Assembly (NCBI GenBank): GCA_963737905.1
Contig: CAVTUQ010000022.1
Coordinates: 96,001 to 160,000 of the forward strand
DNA from: an uncultured delta proteobacterium
GTDB lineage: Bacteria > Desulfobacterota > Binatia > UBA9968
Reading direction: 5' to 3'
Length of the DNA stretch: 64,000 nt
The notes under the pieces were generated by a model. The model was not told the DNA's origin and made no database searches. It saw only the letters and a list, made by a program, of their open reading frames with translations. Below are positions 22,208 to 31,340 of the stretch, piece after piece (within the stretch, counting starts at the first letter, position 1; each line of letters opens with the position of its first letter). Position numbers and translations under genes: made by a program.

Positions 22208-22519
22208 CTACAGAGTGCAGGAGAGATCAAGGCTACCTATATCGGCAATGAAATGATCGCAGTGATTTCGTAATACGTTTACGATTTGGCTACAGAATGC
22301 ACGGTCATCGAACAACAAAAAGCCGAGATAGGATGAGCCTTCATAGCAGATCAGCAGAAAGCATTTAATAGCTTGCTGTAACTTAGATAATAGAACCGAT
22401 TTCAGAATTCCCACTTCGCCCGTTGGGTACTCCTCTCTTGGACCGTCGATCCAGATCCAAGTCGGGGGCCAACTAGGAAGCCCTCGATAGGACATCAGCG
22501 GATGGTCTCGAAATAACAT
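22208..22519 (-). CDS. Hypothetical protein, paralog family B (DHPLMSY.GLPSWPP.W)
   Basis: AAGGAGG RBS; paralog at 27527-27836. Confidence 0.75.
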   Translation of the reverse strand: MLFRDHPLMSYRGLPSWPPTWIWIDGPREEYPTGEVGILKSVLLSKLQQAIKCFLLICYEGSSYLGFLLFDDRAFCSQIVNVLRNHCDHFIADIGSLDLSCTL

Positions 22520-22960
22520 GCCGCCTCCTTGGTTTGGGCGCCGATAATTGTCGGCCCACACTTGCCGTGACCCGAAGCAGGTACACTTCGCTTCCCGTTG
22601 ACTTTATGTCGCGCCGTATCGTCGATTTGTTTATCAGAATGCGGCTGCGATTAATTTTCGTGACTTCAGACATGTAGCTTTTGGGTGTGATATTTGGGCG
22701 AGGGCTGTAGAAATGAGAAGCCGGGTTTCCATGCACATTTGGGCTCCCTTCCAGTCGGGCTCCCGGTCTCACCACTGACCCGGCGATTTAAAGCTCGGAC
22801 GTTTTTTTGAAGTTGTCTAGCCGTATATAATTTAGACGTAGAAGTCAGACGCTTCCGTCTTGTTCCCCCCGTCTCTGGTCACGATGACAGTGCAGACGTT
22901 GGTTCGTGCTATTCGTCATCGAGAAGTTGGAATCCTCCCCGCTACGTTTACGCCGGCCTG

Positions 22961-23215
22961 TCAGTCGCGTTGGGCGAGCCTCAGGGCTTCCTGAATGTCG
23001 CGGACAATCTCGGGGCAGTGTTGCTTGGCTGTTTCGAGAAGGATGCGCGCTTGATCTTGGTCACAGGGAATATTGTAACCTTCAAACAGCACCCCCTCGA
23101 CGGCATGATCAATTCGCGTCGCCTTATCGATGGCCTCACGGGCGGGAGACTCGGTAGGGATTTGACTCCGCAATTGCTCATAGTATCGAGGAGCGACTTT
23201 TATGAATATATCCAT
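22961..23215 (-). CDS. Small hypothetical protein, paralog family A
   Basis: CDQDQARILLETAKQHCPEIVRDI; GAGG RBS. Confidence 0.7.
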   Translation of the reverse strand: MDIFIKVAPRYYEQLRSQIPTESPAREAIDKATRIDHAVEGVLFEGYNIPCDQDQARILLETAKQHCPEIVRDIQEALRLAQRD

Positions 23216-23552
23216 CGCAGCACCTCACTTTGGTCGAGGGAGTGGACAGTTAAACAGTTCACAGCGGGTTTCCCAACTCTTGTTTATCTAAACGCATGAC
23301 GCACCAACAGACCAGCTTTTTTGATTTCGGCGGTTGTTCGCTTAAACACATCACGACTGGGCCACACAACGCTTCCCGAACCCTTGCGCCAAAGCCAAAT
23401 CACTGTTGAAAACTCATCCTGAGGAGCTAATGGCGGCTCACGCCGTTTCGCAAATCGTCAACTCAGCGAATTACGACGGGCCCGAGTGTATCCAACCGAT
23501 TTCAGATGACGAAAACACCGCCGGGCCGTCCTTACTGTGACGAGGACTTCTA

Positions 23553-23845
23553 CTAATAGCCCCTAGCCTTCATACACTTATCAAAAACCTGGCGTTTGTC
23601 GCCAGCGCCAGCAAAGGCAGCCTCACGCTCGCAATCGGACAAGTCCTGGTCACGACCTTTATTAATCTGACTCTTGGGGCTGTCGCTTAATCCTGACGGC
23701 TGCTCATTGACTGGGGGCGGTTGACTGACCGGGGCTGCTGAATGACTGGGGGTTGGATGACCGGGGGCGGTTGGATGACTGGGGGCGGCTGGGTGGCGCA
23801 TCCTGCCAGTAACATCACCGCTACGATTAGTGATCGAAACTTCAT
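23553..23845 (-). CDS. Proline-rich lipoprotein with QPPPVI repeats (frameshift within the repeat tract)
   Basis: MKFRSLIVAVMLLAGC lipobox, 15-18-nt repeats at about 23709-23791, C-terminal DCER..FDKCMKARGY. Confidence 0.6.
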
Positions 23846-23921
23846 ACTTCTTAGTTTAGCACCCTTGACTCCCTCCGCTAGACGGCGCTATAGGTGTGGC
23901 CGCTTTTACGGAGTTCCATTC

Positions 23922-24095
23922 ATGATGATCGACGACGATACCCTCAAGCAACTGGTGCGGATCAACGATGAACTGTTGCAGTTATGCAAGTGGCTGAACG
24001 AAAAACGCGACATGGAAACTTCATCCCGCCTTACACCACTCGTGGACGACCTGACGCATATTCTGATAGAAGCGGGCAAGAATAAATTACATTGA
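23922..24095 (+). CDS. Small helical hypothetical protein
   Basis: GGAG RBS; MMIDDDTLKQLVRINDELLQLC...KLH. Confidence 0.5.
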   Translation: MMIDDDTLKQLVRINDELLQLCKWLNEKRDMETSSRLTPLVDDLTHILIEAGKNKLH

Positions 24096-24099
24096 TGCA

Positions 24100-24341
24100 A
24101 TGATGATGCAGCCTACAAGGGATACTTCATAACGAGCAGTGCGATGCCGGTCCATCCGTTTAGCCCGGACTGGTACGTTGGCGGCAGTGTTTTTGTGCCG
24201 GGTCGCTCTAGTTCAATCGTGGAGATCACGCGATTTCAGCTTCAGCGGTTCACCGTGAGCATCAAAGAACTGGCGGAATGGTTCGGGCTGGAGGTTGCCC
24301 GGATCGTGGTGGACGAATGCCTGGTTCCGCGACAGAATTGA
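24100..24341 (+). CDS. Small hypothetical protein, paralog family C (start frameshifted)
   Basis: YKGYFI...W...F...ELAEWFGLEVARIVVD. Confidence 0.55.
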
Positions 24342-24373
24342 ATGGCAAGAGGCTGTTGAATAAGGGGGAGGAA

Positions 24374-24526
24374 ATGAAAAAGTTGATTGCCATATTGCTT
24401 CTTGCTTTCGCTTCGGGATGTTTTCCAAGTTATCATCGTTCTTGTAGTGACCTTGAAGCAGACATGAGCGTTTTACTCGATGAGTTTTATAGCCATTGTC
24501 GCGGTCATAGCCAATGGGCCGATTGA
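24374..24526 (+). CDS. Small lipoprotein
   Basis: GGAGG RBS; MKKLIAILLLAFASGC. Confidence 0.5.
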   Translation: MKKLIAILLLAFASGCFPSYHRSCSDLEADMSVLLDEFYSHCRGHSQWAD

Positions 24527-24642
24527 AAGACGACACGATGAAAGCTGGAAAACTTGGGAGTATGCTGAACCGATTTCCTGCCTTTTTCTTTTATGGTTTA
24601 CTGCGCCCAGTTGACTGTCTATAGTTCAAGTGTAACGGCTAT

Positions 24643-25182
24643 TTGGGAATCGTGGTCCCCGAACGCAAGGTAAAGATAGCTGTGCAGGCGATCAATGGAC
24701 GGTGCTTGAAATGCGGTTATCAGTTGCCACTTCCGCGCCGAATTATTTATTCCCTTGCGTACATTATCCTATTGTTTGTGGGTGTGAGTTTTGCCACGTC
24801 ATCGTTGGCACAGTCAGGGGGACAGGCAACCCTAATTCTAAAGATCCCCGGGCTTCGCTCTGAGAAAGGACAGGTAAAAATCGCCGTATTCAATTCGTCC
24901 GAGAAATGGCTAGGCGAACAACCGATATACTCGTCGACGATTAACGTGGACAGTCAAACCGTCACATGGAGAATCAACGATGTTCCCTATGGGGATTATG
25001 GTGTCGCGGTATTTCATGATGAAAACAGCAACGGCAAGATGGATAAAAATGTTTTGGGGATACCTCTAGAGCCATACGGATTTTCAAATAATGTGAGGAT
25101 AACTTTCGGGCCACCGAAATGGGAAGAGGCTAAATTTACCGTCAAAGGTTCAAAGGCGGAAGTTTCGATAGGGGTGAAGTGA
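24643..25182 (+). CDS. DUF2141-family secreted protein (true start probably downstream)
   Basis: GLRSEKGQVKIAVF, YGVAVFHDENSNGKMDKN.LGIP.EPYGFSNN..FGPPKW. Confidence 0.85.
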   Translation: MGIVVPERKVKIAVQAINGRCLKCGYQLPLPRRIIYSLAYIILLFVGVSFATSSLAQSGGQATLILKIPGLRSEKGQVKIAVFNSSEKWLGEQPIYSSTINVDSQTVTWRINDVPYGDYGVAVFHDENSNGKMDKNVLGIPLEPYGFSNNVRITFGPPKWEEAKFTVKGSKAEVSIGVK

Positions 25183-25309
25183 AAAAGAGCCGCCGTTTGA
25201 ATCATACTTCTCGACCTGCCCAAAGGAGCAGCTCTATCCGTAGTAAGCATTGAATTGATTTCTCCATCGATCAATACCTAAGCCCCGTTGTCGTCGTCCG
25301 CTATCCTAT

Positions 25310-25430
25310 CCGTGGAACCAAGTTGCTCACACATCGAGTTCACCGAATGGACGCCGGATGGTCACCTAAGACATTCAAAGTTTGTCGGGTTGAGGGAGGA
25401 TAAAGAGGCAGGGAGGTTGTGCGGGAGGGT
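25310..25430 (+). pseudogene. LigD-type ligase C-terminal (OB) fragment; boundaries approximate
   Basis: IEFTEWTPDGHLRHSKFVGLREDK. Confidence 0.8.
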
Positions 25431-25530
25431 TAGAGAACCGAATAAACGACGCTTCACAGTTTTACTCTCACGAGTATAGAAACGCAGCAGCGGAATCTGC
25501 TATCAAACAGGACGAGAAAGAGAGCTTTCC

Positions 25531-26397
25531 ATGACAACTCCATCGCAGCCTACGAGCAAATTCGTTACGGTAAACGGCCTGCGGCTGCATTACCTCGATT
25601 GGGGTAATGTCGGTGCACCGCCTGTGGTCTGCGTCCACGGCTACACGTCGAGTGCCCAAGCATTCAATGCGCTGGCCCGGCAACTCCAGGATCGCTTCCA
25701 CGTCATTGCTCCTGACGTGCGTGGTCATGGAGAGAGTGCGTGGTCACCTGCCGGAGAATACCAATTTACCGATCTAGTCAGTGATTTGGCAGAGTTCATC
25801 GACCAGTTGGGACTAATGCGATTCACTCTAATCGGCACCTCAATGGGCGGAATCATAGCAATGGCCTATGCAGGCGCACACTCGGAGCGGTTGTTGTGCT
25901 TGGTGATCAACGACATTGGTCCAGACGTGGAGGCCGGCGTCCAGAGGGTTACGCAAACGGTGGGCAGTAGACCAGAAGAGTTTGCGACCTTAGACGATGC
26001 AATGGCGTACCGCCGCCAAGCAATGCCCGGCATGGCCACCCGCAGCGTAGAGGACCAGCGGGAAATTGCGCTCGGCGTGCTTCGGCAACGACCGGATGGT
26101 CGGTGGCTATGGAAGATGGACCCGGCATACATCCAGCAGCGAATGAAACACCGTGCGCCTTACCTACCACGGCCCGGACTATGGCCTGTGCTTCAGCGCC
26201 TATCCTTCCCAACTTTGATTGTATGGGGAACGGAGAGTGATGTTCTGTCAGAGGCGCAAGCCCAACGAATAGTGAAGGTCCTGCCACATGGAGAGTTGGT
26301 GGCAGTGCCTGGCGTGGGACATGCGCCGACTCTTGTGGAACCCGTGACGATAGCCGCTTTGGAACGCTTCCTTAGTGGGCAGATTAAGAGCGGGTGA
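25531..26397 (+). CDS. Alpha/beta hydrolase
   Basis: HG, DVRGHG, GTSMGG nucleophile elbow, ESD, GH. Confidence 0.92.
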   Translation: MTTPSQPTSKFVTVNGLRLHYLDWGNVGAPPVVCVHGYTSSAQAFNALARQLQDRFHVIAPDVRGHGESAWSPAGEYQFTDLVSDLAEFIDQLGLMRFTLIGTSMGGIIAMAYAGAHSERLLCLVINDIGPDVEAGVQRVTQTVGSRPEEFATLDDAMAYRRQAMPGMATRSVEDQREIALGVLRQRPDGRWLWKMDPAYIQQRMKHRAPYLPRPGLWPVLQRLSFPTLIVWGTESDVLSEAQAQRIVKVLPHGELVAVPGVGHAPTLVEPVTIAALERFLSGQIKSG

Positions 26398-26695
26398 CAG
26401 GTGACAGATAATGACGCTGTTATTGCGTAACTTCCCTATAAATCATCTTCATAGCGGACTTTCTAAAATCTGCGTCACCTAGTGTCACCCGTCACCCCAG
26501 TCAAGCCCCTGCAAACCATAGCTTGACCACCTGGGCTAATTCGCCCGTCACTGTACCTCCTATAGGAATCAGCCGTCCTAACGCTTGTCACTTTAGGGAC
26601 TTTCAGAAAGTCTGCCCCTACATACGAACCTCTTATCCCCATTCTTTAGAGCGGCACTGGCGTTGCTTTCCTTCTCGGCGAAAACGGATAAGACA

Positions 26696-27043
26696 ATGCC
26701 CGAAGAGGTTTTCCTCGTGTTCATTGCTGCGTGCATCGGTCTTTGGCTAGTCCAGCTCGCTACCGAGTGGATTGATCGACGCCGCATAGCACGAGGAACA
26801 GTGATGGAGCGATATCGTAGTCACCTGATTCTTGTAAAAGCGCATCAAGAACCAGACACGGAGGATTGGAGAGCAAGCGTTCACGTTCAATTCAATGAAG
26901 ACACCCTAACCTTTCGAGACGTTCAGCTACCTGGATCGACTTCTTACTTTTCAACAAAGACAGCCGCCGAGAAGCGCGCCCTCAAAGAAGCTAGACGGTG
27001 GGTTGATCGTCGGCTTCGTGAAGCCAAAATATTTGGGCGGTAG
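26696..27043 (+). CDS. Hypothetical protein, family C domain with N-terminal TM helix
   Basis: YRSHLI...W...FSTKTAAEKRALKEARRWVD. Confidence 0.6.
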   Translation: MPEEVFLVFIAACIGLWLVQLATEWIDRRRIARGTVMERYRSHLILVKAHQEPDTEDWRASVHVQFNEDTLTFRDVQLPGSTSYFSTKTAAEKRALKEARRWVDRRLREAKIFGR

Positions 27044-27259
27044 AGTTATCGTATGGAAGCGGTGACCTTCGGACTGGAATGAGCATACAGATCACAGAGG
27101 TCACAATCCATCCAACCAACGATGGTTTAGTCAGAGCCTAAGTGAACATGTCTTCGAAACTGTTTTATGGACCGCGTTAATCTTTGTGATTGTTCACTTT
27201 TAGACTGAACTCAGTGCCGAATCACGATAGAATTTGAAGCGAGAGAAGGGCGAGGATGA

Positions 27260-27478
27260 GTGTTAATGGAAGAACAATACAAAGGGGACGTTATCCGAGT
27301 CACAACAGAAAAGGATAACAGCGCATTTCCCTGGAAACCAATTTGCACAATACTGGATGGAGCATCACGCGAAGTTATTAAACAAATCGACTGGCAGCTT
27401 GGTTACGACACACCTGAGCGAACCGAGAAGGCTGGACTGATAATCTCAAAAAAATGGATTGACGCAGGGAAGCCTTGA
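27260..27478 (+). CDS. Small hypothetical protein, paralog family C
   Basis: YKGDVI...WKP...YDTPERTEKAGLIISKKWID. Confidence 0.65.
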   Translation: MLMEEQYKGDVIRVTTEKDNSAFPWKPICTILDGASREVIKQIDWQLGYDTPERTEKAGLIISKKWIDAGKP

Positions 27479-27526
27479 TCTCTAAGCCTTTACGGAAGCG
27501 GTCGGGGTGCGGCCTACCTTCGCCAC

Positions 27527-27836
27527 CTAGAAAGTATACGTGAGATCCAAGCTACCGATCTCCGCAATGGAACCATTGCAGTAACTTTGCAGTAGTTTCG
27601 TTATTTGAGCACAGAACATCTCGTCATCGATAGCAAACAACCCATGTAAGATGATTCTTCAGAACGAGTCAGCAGAAAGCATCTATTCGCCCGCTGTATC
27701 TTAGACAAAATACCGATCTCAAAATTCCGACTTCGCCTTTTGGGTGTTTGTCTTCGGGGCCGTCTATCCACGTCCAGACGGGAGGCCAGCTGGGCAGACC
27801 TTTGTAAGACATCAACGGATGGTCTCGGAGCAACAT
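27527..27836 (-). pseudogene. Paralog family B copy, frameshifted
   Basis: MLLRDHPLMSYKGLPSWPPVWTWIDGPEDKHPKGEVGIL...IAEIGSLDLTYTF*; span is not a multiple of 3. Confidence 0.75.
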
Positions 27837-28415
27837 AATAGACCTCCCTTGGTTCGGGCTCCCGGTCCTTGTTGACCCCCGGGATTTAAGTTCAGACTCA
27901 ACGATATTCCATTATGAATTGTTGCGCCATGTCCATCTCAACTCGTCGGGTACATGACAATACGAAAAGAATTTAGCGGGCGGTGTTTGGGGCTGAGAAC
28001 TTGCGTGACCGAGAGACCCGCTTGGCCACGCACGGGCTGTCCCACAAGGGTCGAGCCTTCACCAGCGCACCAGCTCCATCTCTTCGCCTTCGTCAACCAT
28101 TACGTCTTCATAACCGGCGATTCTGTCTTTTTCTTTGTATGATTTCTTTTCAATTCATTGGTCCCTGACGGCATAGACCAAAACCTTCACCACTGGATAA
28201 CCCCTCTTGACTCGTCGCCCCTGCAGGCGTATACACGACCGCCGTTTTCAACCGATAGCGGGGCTGTGCACCGGGCGCAAACAATGCGGTTTACGGAAGT
28301 TAGAATCTATTCAACGAACGAGGATTTAGAGCGAGGCATCGCAGAGTACTTCAACGCTGCCGGTCTATTCTCCCTGATAGTAGCAAAAGACCCAGATCCC
28401 GTGCGGATATAGGAA

Positions 28416-28589
28416 ATGAACACGGTCGATTTAGAACGCCTCAAGGAAAAGGAAGACGCCGCAATCAAAATGATTGATAGCTGGCCGCGAATCTTTCAGC
28501 TCCTCGTCTACCGGCAGCTCTACGCTTTCGGTATCCGAATCAGCAATATCGATTCTGAGATTGAGAAAGAATTGAAAAAGGATGCCTGA
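28416..28589 (+). CDS. Small hypothetical protein
   Basis: MNTVDLERLKEKEDAAIKMIDSWPRIFQLLVYRQLYAFGIRISNIDSEIEKELKKDA*. Confidence 0.4.
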   Translation: MNTVDLERLKEKEDAAIKMIDSWPRIFQLLVYRQLYAFGIRISNIDSEIEKELKKDA

Positions 28590-28655
28590 GAAGTCTCAGC
28601 CGGAGTGTGATTCGACGCCTAAGAGTACTCCAATCGCAAACCTACAGAGGGTCCA

Positions 28656-29042
28656 GTGAAGAAAATTCTTATCGTCGAAGATAACAACGACTCTCGTGAG
28701 ATCATGAAATTATTCATAACAAAGCTGGGACATCAGAGCATAGCGGCCAAGAACAGCAATGAAGCGATCGCCTTCGCTGAGGCCGAAGGACCGGCCCTCA
28801 TTTTCATAGATATGCAACTACCGGATATTGATGGAATCAAGACAACCGCGATGCTTAAACAGAATCCGAAAACCGCTCACATCCCCGTCGTGGCACTTAC
28901 GGCGTGGATGTCAGCACTTTGCGAGGAAAAAGCTTTAAAAGTGGGTATTGTAACCTACTTGACAAAACCGGTCTCGCTCCAAATGTTAAAGGAGACAATC
29001 GAGGAACTTACTCACGGGTCACTTACCCGAGGCGAGGTGTGA
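28656..29042 (+). CDS. Single-domain response regulator (DivK/CheY-like)
   Basis: ILIVEDN, IFIDMQLP, VALTA, YLTKP. Confidence 0.9.
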   Translation: MKKILIVEDNNDSREIMKLFITKLGHQSIAAKNSNEAIAFAEAEGPALIFIDMQLPDIDGIKTTAMLKQNPKTAHIPVVALTAWMSALCEEKALKVGIVTYLTKPVSLQMLKETIEELTHGSLTRGEV

Positions 29043-29297
29043 CTTTGAACCTTGCATTTTGTCTTGCCCTTTTTCTTGGTCTCGCTGTCGTTACGCAAGG
29101 CCAGGCCGAGGACTACTACTTTTACGAAGGCCCCAAGGGTGAGCTGTATCTCTAATAAGGAGCCGCCGCCAGGGAGCAAAATCATAAAGCGGCTGCCCGG
29201 CGTGACCCATAGGGAAGTTCCGCAAGCCCCAGAACCCGACAAGCTGCAGCCAAACGGACAGACGGAAAGCCCACCGAAATCGTCCAAGAACAAATAG
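29039..29297 (+). pseudogene. Secreted DUF4124-like protein remnant, frameshifted
   Basis: Signal peptide, AEDYYFYEGPKGEL.ISNKEPPPG across frames. Confidence 0.45.
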
Positions 29298-29305
29298 ATC
29301 GCACG

Positions 29306-29518
29306 ATGAAGCACGTCTCATATCTTGACTATGTAATCACGGTCACGGCCAACAACGAAAAAGGAATGTGGCGACCGCATGTGATTATCACCTGGTACGC
29401 AGGAAAATTTGACTTGCATGATGACGTTACTTTCACAACTGAGACGGAAGCCGAGGAACACTCCATAGAGCTGGGAAAGCATTGGGTGAACAATCGCCTT
29501 CAGTCAATGCAAGGGTGA
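29306..29518 (+). CDS. Small hypothetical protein, paralog family C
   Basis: YLDYVI...WRP...FTTETEAEEHSIELGKHWVN. Confidence 0.65.
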   Translation: MKHVSYLDYVITVTANNEKGMWRPHVIITWYAGKFDLHDDVTFTTETEAEEHSIELGKHWVNNRLQSMQG

Positions 29519-30050
29519 AAGATGAAGCAAAGATCCGTGACGAAAGTTTGTCGGCAATGGTAAAGGCAGAGAGGGTCGCGATGTTTGTGATGTGTTGGCG
29601 CAGGGCTGCGTGCTTGACGTGGCGACGAACTGTGTGAGTGTTCATGGGACGTATATCGCCCTTGAGCCGTCTTTAGACGGAACGGAACCCACCGCCTTTA
29701 AGGCGGTGGTTCTCAGCGAGCATCCACGTGTCTTCCGCATTCAGCGGATCCGCTTTGGGATTGGTCGTCGGCATTTTTCTCGAAAGGCCCTCCTCGTGTC
29801 AGAAATCACGCCGCTCTGGGACCCAGGTAAACTCGGAGCCTATTCTACTCAGCGCATCGGGGGCGTCAAATGAAAAAAACGGAAGGGTCGAGACGTGAGG
29901 AAGGATAGGAGGTATTAGTACTCGGAAAGATATGATTTAATTTTGACCGGGTCGCGCTCCCGTGGTATGGTCGCGGCAATTTTCCGTTCGACAAAGCCCT
30001 GGGCTCAATTGGATCTACAGCGTCGGAGGAGTCGGTCAAAGGAGGGAATC

Positions 30051-31244
30051 ATGAAGCGCTTAAGTTTGACTTGCCTTTCAGTAGCGCTTACGCTTTTCGG
30101 ATTTAGCTCCGGAGGGATTGCTCAAACTATCAAGGTCGGCGCAGTGGTGCCCCTCACCGGGCGATACGCCGCCCTGGGCGCCCAAGTCCGGGCGGGTTAC
30201 GAGATCGCTGTCGAGCAGATCAACGCTGCTGGTGGAGTGAGCGTGGGTGGGAAGAAGATGCCACTGGAGTTGATCATGTTGGATGATGAGTCAGATCCCA
30301 CCAAGACGGTGGCGCGCCTGGAAACCCTGGCTACCCAGGGCGTTGTCGCGTATCTGGGCGGTGCCGGATCCGATCTTCACGCTGCGGCCGCTTCCATCGC
30401 GGATAAAAATAAGATTCCTTATCTCGGCATCGCCTTTGCCTTGAATGGCATTCACAAACAAGGGTTACGTTATCTTTTCTCGCCCTTTCCAAAGTCGCCG
30501 GACCTAGCGAAAGAGACGTTCGTCTTGCTCAACGCTTCGATCCCAGCAGCCCAACGACCCACCAAGGTTGCGCTTTTCCTCGAAAGGACGGACTGGGGCA
30601 AGGAGATGGGCTCGCTTTGGGAAAGTTTCGCCAAACAGAACAAGTATCAAGTGGTGTCGAGCGGGGAGTATGCACCCGGCGCCAAGGACTTCTCTGACTT
30701 GATTCTCAAAGCCAAATCGGCGGGCGCGGATGCGCTGTTTGCTCTTCCTTCCCCACCGGACGGCATGACTATCGTCAAGCAGATGAAGGAGTTGGATTTC
30801 AATCCTAGAGCTGTGGTTTTTATTCGGGCGGCCGATCCGCCGGTGTGGTCGCAGAACCTCGGGAAGGATGGCGATTATTTTCTACTCTCGCCAGGGTGGC
30901 ACTTCGCCGCGCGCTACCCCAAAGTGGCCGAGGTGAATGATGCGCATCAGAAGCGGTTCAATCGCCCGGCTGACCCGATTGTCGGTCCTTCCTACGCTTG
31001 CGTTCAGATCCTCGCCGATGCGATCGCTCGGGCCGGTAGCCTGGATCGCGACAAAATCCGCGACGCCATTGCCGCCACAAAGATGACAACTGTAGTTGGT
31101 CCGGTACGTTTTCGGCCGGATGGGACTGGCGAGGTCAAAGTCTTTTTCCAGCAATGGCTCAAAGGGAAGCAGGAATTGGTCTGGCCTAAAGAGTTTGCTA
31201 CGGCATCGTTTGTCTACCCTGCGCCACCGTTTAGTCAACGATAG
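30051..31244 (+). CDS. Branched-chain-amino-acid-type ABC transporter substrate-binding protein
   Basis: GGAGG RBS, signal peptide, IKVGAVVPLTG, DDESDP. Confidence 0.93.
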   Translation: MKRLSLTCLSVALTLFGFSSGGIAQTIKVGAVVPLTGRYAALGAQVRAGYEIAVEQINAAGGVSVGGKKMPLELIMLDDESDPTKTVARLETLATQGVVAYLGGAGSDLHAAAASIADKNKIPYLGIAFALNGIHKQGLRYLFSPFPKSPDLAKETFVLLNASIPAAQRPTKVALFLERTDWGKEMGSLWESFAKQNKYQVVSSGEYAPGAKDFSDLILKAKSAGADALFALPSPPDGMTIVKQMKELDFNPRAVVFIRAADPPVWSQNLGKDGDYFLLSPGWHFAARYPKVAEVNDAHQKRFNRPADPIVGPSYACVQILADAIARAGSLDRDKIRDAIAATKMTTVVGPVRFRPDGTGEVKVFFQQWLKGKQELVWPKEFATASFVYPAPPFSQR

Positions 31245-31340
31245 CCGAGAGTTGTGTCATTTTGAATTTTGGATTTCAGCCGAAGGACTGATCAGCCTCA
31301 GGCTAAGCCAATTCTGGATTAATCCAAAATCAAAAATCTA

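Noticed and set aside
1815-27240. Shared 15-mer CGATAGAATTTGAAG at about 1815 and about 27225
   Set aside because: The first copy lies in integrase coding sequence and there is no extended similarity; probably chance.
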